Assembly: GCA_002773855.1 (NCBI GenBank)
Contig: PEZY01000005.1
Coordinates: forward strand, 8,237 to 72,236
Length of the DNA stretch: 64,000 bases
From: Candidatus Buchananbacteria bacterium CG10_big_fil_rev_8_21_14_0_10_33_19
GTDB lineage: Bacteria > Patescibacteriota > Patescibacteriia > 2-01-FULL-39-33
Direction: 5' to 3'
Under the pieces are notes generated by a model. The model searched no databases. It saw only the letters and a program-made list of their open reading frames with translations, and was not told where the DNA came from. Shown here in pieces: positions 18,642-27,768 of the stretch; position 1 is the first letter of the stretch, and every line of letters begins with the position of its first letter. Both the position numbers and the translations under genes were made by a program.

Positions 18642-20012
18642 TTATTTTAAGATATTTTTAGCTAAATTGTATATATCCCCAGCTCCTATTAATATTATAA
18701 CATCAAAATCATTAATTTTCCTCTTAATTTCTGATGCGGTTTGTTTTAGATTACCACTATAAATTACCCCTGATTTTTCAGCCAACAACTTAGAACTAAT
18801 ATCAAAGTCATCTGGATTTTCCCTGCCCTCAACATAAAATATATCAGTGAGCAAAATATTTTTATCGGTTTGCAAAGCCAAGACGAATTCATCAAAAAAA
18901 TTCTTAGTCCTATTATATTGATGTGGTTGAAAAACAAATAAAATTTTACTACCAGGATAAAAATTCTTAGACCCCTCAATTAATTGTCGTAAACCTTCGG
19001 GTGTATGAGCGTAATCAGTAATTATTTCTGTGTCACCAGAAATACCTAGCTTCTCAAATCGACGCCAAGCCCCCACAAATTCATCCAATGATTTTTTAAT
19101 GATGCCAAAATCTATGCCATAGTCCAAAGACACGGCTATAGCCGCCAAAGCGTTGTAAATATTATATTGACCAGGAATATTTAAAACAACTTCACCTAAA
19201 ATATCATTGCGAAATAATAATTTAAATTTTTGCTGACCTGGTTCTAATTTAATGTCTGTCGCCATTACATCAGATTTATTATTAATACCATAAGTAATAA
19301 TTCTAGCCTGGGAATCCAATAACACATCCATAGAATTAACATCATCATTATTAACTACAATTAAACCATCTACTGGAACTCGCTTTAGATAAAAATTAAA
19401 CGCCTGCTTAATATCTACTAAATCCTTATACACATCTAAATGGTCAGCTCGTACATTGGTAATAACCGCGATCTTAGGATAATAATTATGGAAAGCTTTT
19501 TTATATTCATCACTCTCAAAAATAAAATAAGCACTAGATCCAATCCTAGAATTTCCACCTAAGTATGATACTTTAGAACCCACTACAATAGTTGGATCTA
19601 AGTCTGCCTCCATAAAAACCTTACCCAGCATTGCTGTAGTTGTAGTTTTACCATCTGTACCAGAAACACCAATACCAATTTTATCATTCATTAACAAGCC
19701 CAGTAATTGCGGATAAGTAATTTGCTTAATTCCCAACTCATCGGCTTGTTTTTTTTCTGGATTATCTACACCTATAGCTACTGTATAAACTACTAAATCA
19801 ACATCTTTTGACAGATTATTAGCTGATTGAGGAATAAATATTTCAATCCCCTCTGATTGTAACTGATCAGTTATTTCACTGCCAACAACATCACTGCCAG
19901 ACACTTCTTTACCAATTTGCTTTAATATTCTAGCTGTTGCCGATATACCAATGCCGCCGACACCAATAAAATAAACTTTTTTTATTTTCGATAAATCAAT
20001 CATTTGTAACAT
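18642..20012 (-). CDS. murC: UDP-N-acetylmuramate-L-alanine ligase
   Basis: FIGVGGIGIS, GTDGKTTTT, ESDE, DYAHTP, FQPH. Confidence 0.96.
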   Translation of the reverse strand: MLQMIDLSKIKKVYFIGVGGIGISATARILKQIGKEVSGSDVVGSEITDQLQSEGIEIFIPQSANNLSKDVDLVVYTVAIGVDNPEKKQADELGIKQITYPQLLGLLMNDKIGIGVSGTDGKTTTTAMLGKVFMEADLDPTIVVGSKVSYLGGNSRIGSSAYFIFESDEYKKAFHNYYPKIAVITNVRADHLDVYKDLVDIKQAFNFYLKRVPVDGLIVVNNDDVNSMDVLLDSQARIITYGINNKSDVMATDIKLEPGQQKFKLLFRNDILGEVVLNIPGQYNIYNALAAIAVSLDYGIDFGIIKKSLDEFVGAWRRFEKLGISGDTEIITDYAHTPEGLRQLIEGSKNFYPGSKILFVFQPHQYNRTKNFFDEFVLALQTDKNILLTDIFYVEGRENPDDFDISSKLLAEKSGVIYSGNLKQTASEIKRKINDFDVIILIGAGDIYNLAKNILK

Positions 20013-20023
20013 GTCAATAATTT

Positions 20024-21085
20024 TTATTTTTTAGCAATACTAAGTAACTCGGTAGAAACCTTTTCAGCTCCAGAAAAATCCATAATCTTAGAAATATTTT
20101 CAACTAACATATCTTTTTTTTGTTTTTCAAAAAATAATTCTTTAATAGTACTAACAAAATTTTCTTTAGTTAAAGATAATTGTGACAAAACTATAGCCGC
20201 ATTATTTTTTTGAAAATAAGAAGCATTATATTCTTGATGGCTATTTGGTATTGGCACAATAACTACTGGCCTAGCAGTGACAATTAACTCAGACAAAGTA
20301 GACATACCAGCCCTAGTAACTACTAGATCAGCTGAACATATAGCTTCAGTCATTTCATGAGTCAAAAACTCAAACTGATGATAGTTTTCAGCTACCACAT
20401 CGACTTTCTTACCACGGCCGGTAATATGAATAATTTGAACAAACCGTAAAAGATCAGTCAATGATTGTTCTACTATTTCATTTAAAGTCTGTGAGCCAGT
20501 GCCGCCGCCCAAAATTAATAACACGGGTAAATCCTTATTAAGATTAAAAACTTCATAACCCTTTTCTGGATTGCAACTATAAAATTCTTCTCTCACTGGA
20601 TTACCAGTTAGAACTGTTTTACTAGCCGAAAAATCAGCAACTGATGGTTCATAAGAAACCGTAATTTTTTTAGAAAAATTAGCCATCATCTTATTAGCCA
20701 AGCCAGCAATAATATCTTGTTGGTGAATTAATATCGGCACTCTAAGAATATAAGACGCCCAAGCCACCGGTACTCCTACAAAACTACCAGCAATCATCAC
20801 CACATTAGGCTTAAATTTTATAATTATTACAAGACTCTGGACAAAACCTAAAAAAATCCTAAATGGATCAATAAAATTATCCCAACTAAAATACCTTCTT
20901 AATTTACCAGATGAGATTTCTTTAAAAGATATTTTATAACTTTCAACGGCTTTTTTTTCTGGACCACTAGCCGAGCCAACAAATAAAAATTCTGTATCTT
21001 TATTATCTTTTTTTATTTTTTCGTAAACTGCGATTAGCGGACTAACAGAACCCATAGTACCGCCACCAGCAAAAAGAATTTTCAT
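20024..21085 (-). CDS. murG: MurG N-acetylglucosaminyl transferase
   Basis: AGGGTMGS, TGNPVR, GGGTGS, RAGMSTLSE. Confidence 0.96.
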   Translation of the reverse strand: MKILFAGGGTMGSVSPLIAVYEKIKKDNKDTEFLFVGSASGPEKKAVESYKISFKEISSGKLRRYFSWDNFIDPFRIFLGFVQSLVIIIKFKPNVVMIAGSFVGVPVAWASYILRVPILIHQQDIIAGLANKMMANFSKKITVSYEPSVADFSASKTVLTGNPVREEFYSCNPEKGYEVFNLNKDLPVLLILGGGTGSQTLNEIVEQSLTDLLRFVQIIHITGRGKKVDVVAENYHQFEFLTHEMTEAICSADLVVTRAGMSTLSELIVTARPVVIVPIPNSHQEYNASYFQKNNAAIVLSQLSLTKENFVSTIKELFFEKQKKDMLVENISKIMDFSGAEKVSTELLSIAKK

Positions 21086-21112
21086 TTTATATTATTTAAT
21101 AATTATTTTAAT

Positions 21113-22264
21113 TTAATCTAAATCAACCTGCCTGGATATATTAACCAAAATTCCCGTAGCTGCCAAGCAAGTCATTAGGGCAGTCCCACCATAAGAAATA
21201 AATGGCAACGGAATACCAGTTAGTGGTAAAATACCAATAATTGCTCCAATATTGAAAAAAGCCTGAATAACAAACCAAGACACTATGCCAATAGCTAACA
21301 ATTTACCAAATGGTTCATTAGACATCTGAGCTATTTTAAATACTCTAAGTAGTAAAAAAATAAAAACCACAACCAAGGCCACGGCCACAATAAATCCCAA
21401 TTCTTCAGAAATAACTGCAAAAATAGAATCCCCGGCTGATTCTGGTAAGTATGCAAATTTTTGCCGAGAATGACCAAAACCTCGACCAAAAAAACCACCT
21501 GAACCGACTGCTAATAGCGCTTGATTAATATGGTAGCCAATACCATGAGGATCTAACTCCGGATGTAAAAAAGTAGTTAATCTTTCAGCTCGATATGGCG
21601 AAGTTTTAATTATAAGCCATAATCCCATAATTCCAGCAGCTCCAAAACCAGCCAAATGAACCAAGCTACCACCAGCAATAAAAAATACTATTAGCGAAGT
21701 AAAAACGATAATAGATACCGAACCAGTGTCTGGCTGCAAGCCAATCAAAGCCATTACTACAAACAAAACAATCGTAAAAGGCAAAAACCCCTGGTGAAAA
21801 TCTTTTAAATGTTTTTCACCTTTTTCTGATAACCAAGCCACTAAATAAATTAAAAAAGTTAGTTTAACAATTTCTGATGGCTGGAGTGAAAAACCAAAAA
21901 AATTAATCCAACTTCTGGAGGTACCATAACCAGATCCAATTCCAGGAATATACACCAAAACTAAAAGGAAAATAGAAACTAAAAGCATCGGAGCAGCTAA
22001 AGATTTTAATTTAAAGTAATCTATCTTCGAAAAAATAAAAAAGAAAACTAAACCTGGCAATAAACCAAATAGAATTTGATGCTTGACAAACCAATAAGTA
22101 TCACCAAATTTTTGCCAACCCAATGACACACCAGCTGAAAAAATCATTAACAACCCAAAAATCGTCAAAAAAGTTATCATTACTATTAGCTGTGTGTCAG
22201 CTTTCTTTTCGCCACGTCGACGAAACAAATCCTGAAAAAAATATTTTAATTTAACTTTTCTCAT
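21113..22264 (-). CDS. ftsW: Peptidoglycan glycosyltransferase FtsW
   Basis: SLQPSEIVK, QPDTG, LPLTGIPLPFISYGG. Confidence 0.95.
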   Translation of the reverse strand: MRKVKLKYFFQDLFRRRGEKKADTQLIVMITFLTIFGLLMIFSAGVSLGWQKFGDTYWFVKHQILFGLLPGLVFFFIFSKIDYFKLKSLAAPMLLVSIFLLVLVYIPGIGSGYGTSRSWINFFGFSLQPSEIVKLTFLIYLVAWLSEKGEKHLKDFHQGFLPFTIVLFVVMALIGLQPDTGSVSIIVFTSLIVFFIAGGSLVHLAGFGAAGIMGLWLIIKTSPYRAERLTTFLHPELDPHGIGYHINQALLAVGSGGFFGRGFGHSRQKFAYLPESAGDSIFAVISEELGFIVAVALVVVFIFLLLRVFKIAQMSNEPFGKLLAIGIVSWFVIQAFFNIGAIIGILPLTGIPLPFISYGGTALMTCLAATGILVNISRQVDLD

Positions 22265-22274
22265 TAAATAATAC

Positions 22275-23669
22275 TTATTTTAATTTATCAACTAAACTTC
22301 TAAATTGATCACCACGATCAAATTCATTTTTAAACATACCGAAACTCGCACAAGCTGGACTAAGCAAAATAATATCCCCTGTTTTAGAAAAACTTTTGGC
22401 TAGACCAATTGCTTCACTCATAGAATTAGCAACCGCACAATCTATTTTTTTGGTTTTAAGTAATTTTAAAATTCTATCCGTGCCTGTCCCTTTAAATAGC
22501 ACTAACGATTTAACAGTTTTTTCAATCTCTTTTACTAATTCAGTAAAATCTAAACCCTTATCAGCTCCGCCAGCGATTAAAATAATATTTTTTTTCGATG
22601 ATTTAAGCGCTTGCAAAGCCACTAAGCTGGCTTCAGGCATGGTAGAAGTAGTGTCATTATAATATTTTACGTCTTTTATTTCTCTTAGTAACTCCAACCT
22701 ATTAGGGACGCCATAAAAAACACTAACTACTTTTTTTATATTTTCTGATTTCAGACCATAGAGTTTACAAACACAAACGGCCGCCAAAACATTAGCGATA
22801 TTATGACTACCAGGCATTTTAATATCGGCAACCGATAATACTTTTTCTTCATGACCATTATTTCTGAAATAAATATTTTTATTTTTCAAAAAACAACCGT
22901 TTTCATTTTTAAATTCTTTCAAAGAAAACCAAAATCTTTTAGAAGGTACCCGACTACCCATTTTTTTGGTAAATTCATTATCTAAATTCAAAACCACATA
23001 ATCTTGATTGATCTGCCATTTAAATATATTTTCTTTAGCGGCCGCATAATCATCAATATCCTTGTAAGTATTTAAATGATCTGGATAAATATTAGTAAAA
23101 ACAGCAATTCGAGGACTGAGTTTGGCATCTTCTAAACTTTCTAGTAGCCAAGATGATAGTTCTAAAATTGCCAAGCCATTTTTTTTCATTTTATTTAATT
23201 GAACCAAGGGTGATTTAGTGATATTGCCACCAATAATCACATTGTCCTTAGCTTGCTTTAATATTTCATAAATCAAAGTCGTAACGGTGCTTTTACCTCT
23301 GGTGCCAGTAATACCAATAATCTGCCGTCTATTAACTAATTTAAAAAATAGAGATATATCAGTCTCAATTGGAATGTTATTAGCTCTGGCAATTTCCAAA
23401 TATTTTGATTTTCTAGGAATAGCCGGATTTTTAATAATCATATCAACATTTTTAAAATCAGACTCTCGATGTTTACCTAAAACAAACCTAACTTGATTGG
23501 CTAATTTACCGAGTCTTTTGATTTGATCAATTAATTCTGCCTTGGTTTTTAAATCGGTCACTGTCACTTTAGCGCCACGCGACAACAAAAAACGAGTAGC
23601 CGAAATACCACTACCCTCTTTATAGAGTCCCAGACCCATGACTGTTATTTTTTTGTTTTTGAAATCCAT
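22275..23669 (-). CDS. murD: UDP-MurNAc-L-Ala-D-Glu ligase
   Basis: GITGTRGKST, LELSS, YNDT, LLSPACASFGMFKNEFDRG; likely start MDFKNKK at 23669. Confidence 0.96.
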   Translation of the reverse strand: MDFKNKKITVMGLGLYKEGSGISATRFLLSRGAKVTVTDLKTKAELIDQIKRLGKLANQVRFVLGKHRESDFKNVDMIIKNPAIPRKSKYLEIARANNIPIETDISLFFKLVNRRQIIGITGTRGKSTVTTLIYEILKQAKDNVIIGGNITKSPLVQLNKMKKNGLAILELSSWLLESLEDAKLSPRIAVFTNIYPDHLNTYKDIDDYAAAKENIFKWQINQDYVVLNLDNEFTKKMGSRVPSKRFWFSLKEFKNENGCFLKNKNIYFRNNGHEEKVLSVADIKMPGSHNIANVLAAVCVCKLYGLKSENIKKVVSVFYGVPNRLELLREIKDVKYYNDTTSTMPEASLVALQALKSSKKNIILIAGGADKGLDFTELVKEIEKTVKSLVLFKGTGTDRILKLLKTKKIDCAVANSMSEAIGLAKSFSKTGDIILLSPACASFGMFKNEFDRGDQFRSLVDKLK

Positions 23670-23698
23670 TAATATACAATTATTATCTTCATGATTAT

Positions 23699-23969
23699 GC
23701 GACAATTGAAAAATTTAAGGAGAAGACAAGACGGGAGCATCCGCGTTGGCTTATGTATATAAGCCAAATTTTCAATGTTTGAAAAACTTTCGACTTATAT
23801 AAATAAAAAGTTTTGAGTTTTGAAAATTAGCGGTGCGAAGTTTTAGATTCGACTATAAATTTTTTACTGTCGCGATTTTTGTGGTACTTTTTCTAAAAAA
23901 GTACCAATGTGATTTAGAAATAAACCATCGCTCGGAGTTTTTGGTTACTTTTGGCGATACAAAAGTAAC
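23699..23969. repeat. Structured REP/MITE-like intergenic element
   Basis: Imperfect terminal inverted repeats 23699-23717 and 23856-23873 with nested hairpins, plus two G(G/T)TACTTTT...AAAAGTA(C/A)C hairpins at 23882-23906 and 23944-23969. Confidence 0.7.
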
Positions 23970-23976
23970 TATTTAA

Positions 23977-25041
23977 CTACATCCAGCCACCACGATCCAT
24001 TAAAAATATTACTAGTCCAATAATAGAGGTCATAGAAGCAATGACCCAAAATCTCATCACCACTTTTGTTTCTGGCCAACCCTTGGCTTCAAAATGATGA
24101 TGGATAGGCGCTGACAAAAATATTTTCTTACCATTTCTTAATTTTTTAGATGTCACCTGGATAATGACACTTAGTGATTCGACCACAAACAGAAAACCAA
24201 TTATTGGTAAAAGTAAAACTGTATTAGTCATAAGAGCAATAATAGCCAGGGTTACCCCTAGTGACATCGAGCCAGTATCACCCATAAAAAATCTAGCCGG
24301 AGCAATATTAAACCACAAAAAAGCTAGTAAGCCACCGACAATGACCCCACAAAAAGCAGCCAAATCATAGCGACCCTGAACAAAGGCAATGGTGCCAAAC
24401 GATAAAAACGCCGTCATAAGTGTACCGCCAGCCAAACCATCTAAGCCGTCTATTTCATTAACCGAGAAAGCAGTGGCAATGACTACAAAAATAACGACTG
24501 GTATATACCAAAAGCCTAAATTATAAGTTGCTAAAAATGGAATCCGAATGAAATCCCAATCTAATTTAAAATAAAACCACCAGGCTACCACCAAAGCAAT
24601 TAACGTATACACAACCAAGCGATGACGTACCGATAAACCACCGCCGTAAGGACCAATTTTTCTAACATTTAAATAATCATCGAATAAACCAACCAAAGCT
24701 GTTACCACTAACGCACCTAATGGCAGCCAAGTTTGAGATCTAGTCAAAAAGTTAAAATCAGCAAAAATACCATCTAGCCACTCGCCCAAAAAATAAAAAA
24801 CCATGGCTAAAATCAAGGTAGTCACCCAAACCAAAACACCGCCCATTACTGGGGTGCCTGATTTTTTAGCATGCAAACTAGAAACAATAGGAGCTTTACT
24901 GGAGCTTCTAATTTGTTTGCCTAATTTATATTTATATAAAAAATGAGTTAGAAGTGGGGTCCAGCCGATAGCCAGAATAAAAGATATCGCAGCGAGAAAG
25001 AAAATTTTAATTACATAAAATTCTAATAATTCCAAAGACAT
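23977..25041 (-). CDS. mraY: Phospho-N-acetylmuramoyl-pentapeptide transferase
   Basis: KSGTPVMGG, GLFDD, NEIDGLDGLA, FMGDTGS, APIHHHFE. Confidence 0.98.
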   Translation of the reverse strand: MSLELLEFYVIKIFFLAAISFILAIGWTPLLTHFLYKYKLGKQIRSSSKAPIVSSLHAKKSGTPVMGGVLVWVTTLILAMVFYFLGEWLDGIFADFNFLTRSQTWLPLGALVVTALVGLFDDYLNVRKIGPYGGGLSVRHRLVVYTLIALVVAWWFYFKLDWDFIRIPFLATYNLGFWYIPVVIFVVIATAFSVNEIDGLDGLAGGTLMTAFLSFGTIAFVQGRYDLAAFCGVIVGGLLAFLWFNIAPARFFMGDTGSMSLGVTLAIIALMTNTVLLLPIIGFLFVVESLSVIIQVTSKKLRNGKKIFLSAPIHHHFEAKGWPETKVVMRFWVIASMTSIIGLVIFLMDRGGWM

Positions 25042-25052
25042 AATTTATATTG

Positions 25053-25427
25053 TTATATATTTACATTAATAATTATTAAAGCAGCTAAAAAAATTATAAT
25101 ATTAACCAATAAAGCTCCAAACGACAAAAAATAACTAATTATCTTTTCTTTTAAATAAACATAAAAGGCTATGGCAAAATTAAATATTATAAATAGTAAG
25201 CCCATAGCTGGCATTAGTAAAACCTGATACCAAAGACCAAAACCACTAATACCAAAATAGATATTGTAACTCAAAACAATATATTCACTACCCTGCCAAA
25301 AGTTAAAAATTAATAATATCCAAAGAAACGTATTTATGACCACGCTGAACAACAAAGAAGTCATCACCAATTTATCTCGTTTAGCGGGGCTCATTAAGAT
25401 TGAATCCTGTATTTTATATAAAATCAT
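25053..25427 (-). CDS. Hypothetical membrane protein (about 3 TM)
   Basis: Hydrophobic ORF with LSYNIYFG loop, upstream of mraY. Confidence 0.7.
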   Translation of the reverse strand: MILYKIQDSILMSPAKRDKLVMTSLLFSVVINTFLWILLIFNFWQGSEYIVLSYNIYFGISGFGLWYQVLLMPAMGLLFIIFNFAIAFYVYLKEKIISYFLSFGALLVNIIIFLAALIIINVNI

Positions 25428-25575
25428 ATACTATATTATAAACGATTTTTGACTGATTTGTCTATTGATATTAAGATAATCGACCACTATTGACAAATAA
25501 TCAATTTTATGCTAATATTAATAGTTAATTAAAGACTTAACAAACCATAAAAAACAACTAATTTTACACAAAAAT

Positions 25576-26298
25576 ATGAACCCAGAAAACATATTTAATT
25601 CAAAAAACATAAAAACTATTCTATTTATTACTGTTATTGTAGTAATCTTTGGATTAGTTATTAGCCTAATTCAGACACCCAAATACAAGTCTTCAGCTAA
25701 ATTACTAGTTATATTTAGCCAAGAAGATATGAATCCCTATACTTCTGCTCAAACCTCCAATTATATTGCGGGTATCTTAGAAGAAGTTATATATTCTGAC
25801 TCTTTTATTGACGCTGTCTTTAAAACTAACTTTGATTTAATTAATGATTTTAGTTTTTCACCAGAGAAAAAGAGCAAACAATGGAAGAAAATGGTCAAAC
25901 CAAAACTAGAAGACAATAAAGGTATTATTACCATAGATGTTTATCATAAAGACAAAGAACAAGCTAACAATTTTGCTCAAGCTATTAGTTACACTTTAAT
26001 TACCAATCACAGTCTATACCATGGTTCTGGTGATAATGTAGTGGTTAAAATGATTAGCACACCATCTGTAGCTGAAAAATGGTCACAGCCTAACATTGGT
26101 CAAAATTTATTTTTAAGTTTAATCGCTGGCATATTCGCTGGTCTAACTTTTATTATTATCTTTCCTCAACAAGAAGTTTTAAATTTTCTACTTAACAGAA
26201 AAGCCACTCTAAAAGATGAAACTATAGTTTTTGGCAATGCCACTCACAATGAGAAAGATAATCAAGATCCTCAAGATAAAGAATATTACAACTGGTAA
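25576..26298 (+). CDS. Wzz/CapA-like polysaccharide co-polymerase
   Basis: TM-PKYKSSAKLLV, ANNFA, C-terminal Pro plus TM; promoter TTGACA 25490 / TGCTAATAT. Confidence 0.75.
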   Translation: MNPENIFNSKNIKTILFITVIVVIFGLVISLIQTPKYKSSAKLLVIFSQEDMNPYTSAQTSNYIAGILEEVIYSDSFIDAVFKTNFDLINDFSFSPEKKSKQWKKMVKPKLEDNKGIITIDVYHKDKEQANNFAQAISYTLITNHSLYHGSGDNVVVKMISTPSVAEKWSQPNIGQNLFLSLIAGIFAGLTFIIIFPQQEVLNFLLNRKATLKDETIVFGNATHNEKDNQDPQDKEYYNW

Positions 26299-26302
26299 AA
26301 AA

Positions 26303-27766
26303 ATGAACCGAGCAGTTTCCAGCCAAAATACATTAAATTCCCAATCGAATTTTAATGTCACTTACAATATTTTGGCCTATCTGTATGTAGGCTGTTTTGT
26401 CATTCTGGGAATTATTATTGGCTTCTCGCCGATTGTTTATGGTTTGTTTTTTATAATTAGTTTAATTTTTATCCTACCATCTCACCTCTTGGGTCTATAC
26501 ATGATTATCTTCATGACCATGATTTTTGAGAGATGGTTTTCCTTATCACCACTTATTACTGATAGCGCAATCTATAAATTATACCCCTTGGATATAATTA
26601 TAATCATCACCATCCTAAGTTGGCTGTTAAACCAACTGAAAACCAGCAGCCATAAAATACTTTTTAGATTTCCAGAAAAAATATTAACTCTATTTATAGT
26701 TTTAAATATAATTTATTTAATCAAAAGTTTTTTTGAAATAAATACTGATATTGGTGTCGCCTTTTCATCTTTTAAAAATTACGCTTTTTATCCAATTCTT
26801 TATTTTTTAATAATCTACTCCATTCAAACTAAAAAGCAACTAAAAAATATTACTCACTTAATACTTCTAGGTGGTGTCGCTATTATTGCTTTTTTAATAA
26901 TTGGCTTAATGCGTGGCGAAGGTTTGTGGACCGAATACACTCCACTATCTACTGTTGGCGTTCGTTTTTTAGCCGGTACTCATGCTTTTTATTTAGTTAT
27001 AGCCACTTTGATTGCTCTTAGTCTATTAGCCTTTGATCGATTTAAAAACAAAGGCTTTATTAGCATGATTATTATTATTTGGCTGACTGGTACTGTCTTA
27101 TCTTTAATGAGACATTTATGGTTATCATTTTTTGTTGGCTTATCAACTCTGTTAATTTTTATTCCTATTATTAATAGAAAAAATTTAATTAAATCATCAT
27201 TTAAAAGTGGTTTAATTATTTTTACTATAATTGCTATTTTTCTATTAAGCACTAACCTTTTTCCATTACAGGATTTATCACAATCAGTTGATACTGCCTA
27301 TACCTCAATCACTCAAAGAGTAATATCTATTGTTAGTGGTTCACAAGATACTAGTATTAATTGGCGCATAAACTTTTGGAATGTCGCCAAAAAATCTTGG
27401 CTTAAAAGTCCAATTACTGGTTTAGGCTTTGGTAAAAAGCTACCACTAGACTTAGGCGATTGGCAAACATTTGAAGAAATTAGAAATATTCACAATTCTC
27501 CGCTGGCTATTACTATACAAATGGGCTTAATTGGTATTGGTCTATTTGGTTTATTTGTGGTCACAAATGTCTTAGGTAATTTAAAATATATTTTTAAAAA
27601 TGACGATCTAAAGCCTTATTATTTTGGACTACTGTCAGCCACTGTGGCAGTAATTTTTGCTAGCTTATTTCAACCATATTTAGAAACCAATCTAACTGGT
27701 ATATTTTTTTGGATTCTACTAGGCTTACTTAGAACCAGTATTATCATTAACAAAGTGAAATCATAA
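26303..27766 (+). CDS. O-antigen ligase / Wzy-like polymerase family protein
   Basis: Multi-TM; SLMRHLW, SINWRINFW, PITGLGFG, IHNS, MGLIG; likely start at 26303. Confidence 0.85.
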   Translation: MNRAVSSQNTLNSQSNFNVTYNILAYLYVGCFVILGIIIGFSPIVYGLFFIISLIFILPSHLLGLYMIIFMTMIFERWFSLSPLITDSAIYKLYPLDIIIIITILSWLLNQLKTSSHKILFRFPEKILTLFIVLNIIYLIKSFFEINTDIGVAFSSFKNYAFYPILYFLIIYSIQTKKQLKNITHLILLGGVAIIAFLIIGLMRGEGLWTEYTPLSTVGVRFLAGTHAFYLVIATLIALSLLAFDRFKNKGFISMIIIIWLTGTVLSLMRHLWLSFFVGLSTLLIFIPIINRKNLIKSSFKSGLIIFTIIAIFLLSTNLFPLQDLSQSVDTAYTSITQRVISIVSGSQDTSINWRINFWNVAKKSWLKSPITGLGFGKKLPLDLGDWQTFEEIRNIHNSPLAITIQMGLIGIGLFGLFVVTNVLGNLKYIFKNDDLKPYYFGLLSATVAVIFASLFQPYLETNLTGIFFWILLGLLRTSIIINKVKS

Positions 27767-27768
27767 AT

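Noticed and set aside
23670-23705. N-terminal extension of MurD given in the ORF track
   Set aside because: The upstream ATG lies in the arm of the palindromic element; homology begins at MDFKNKK (23669)
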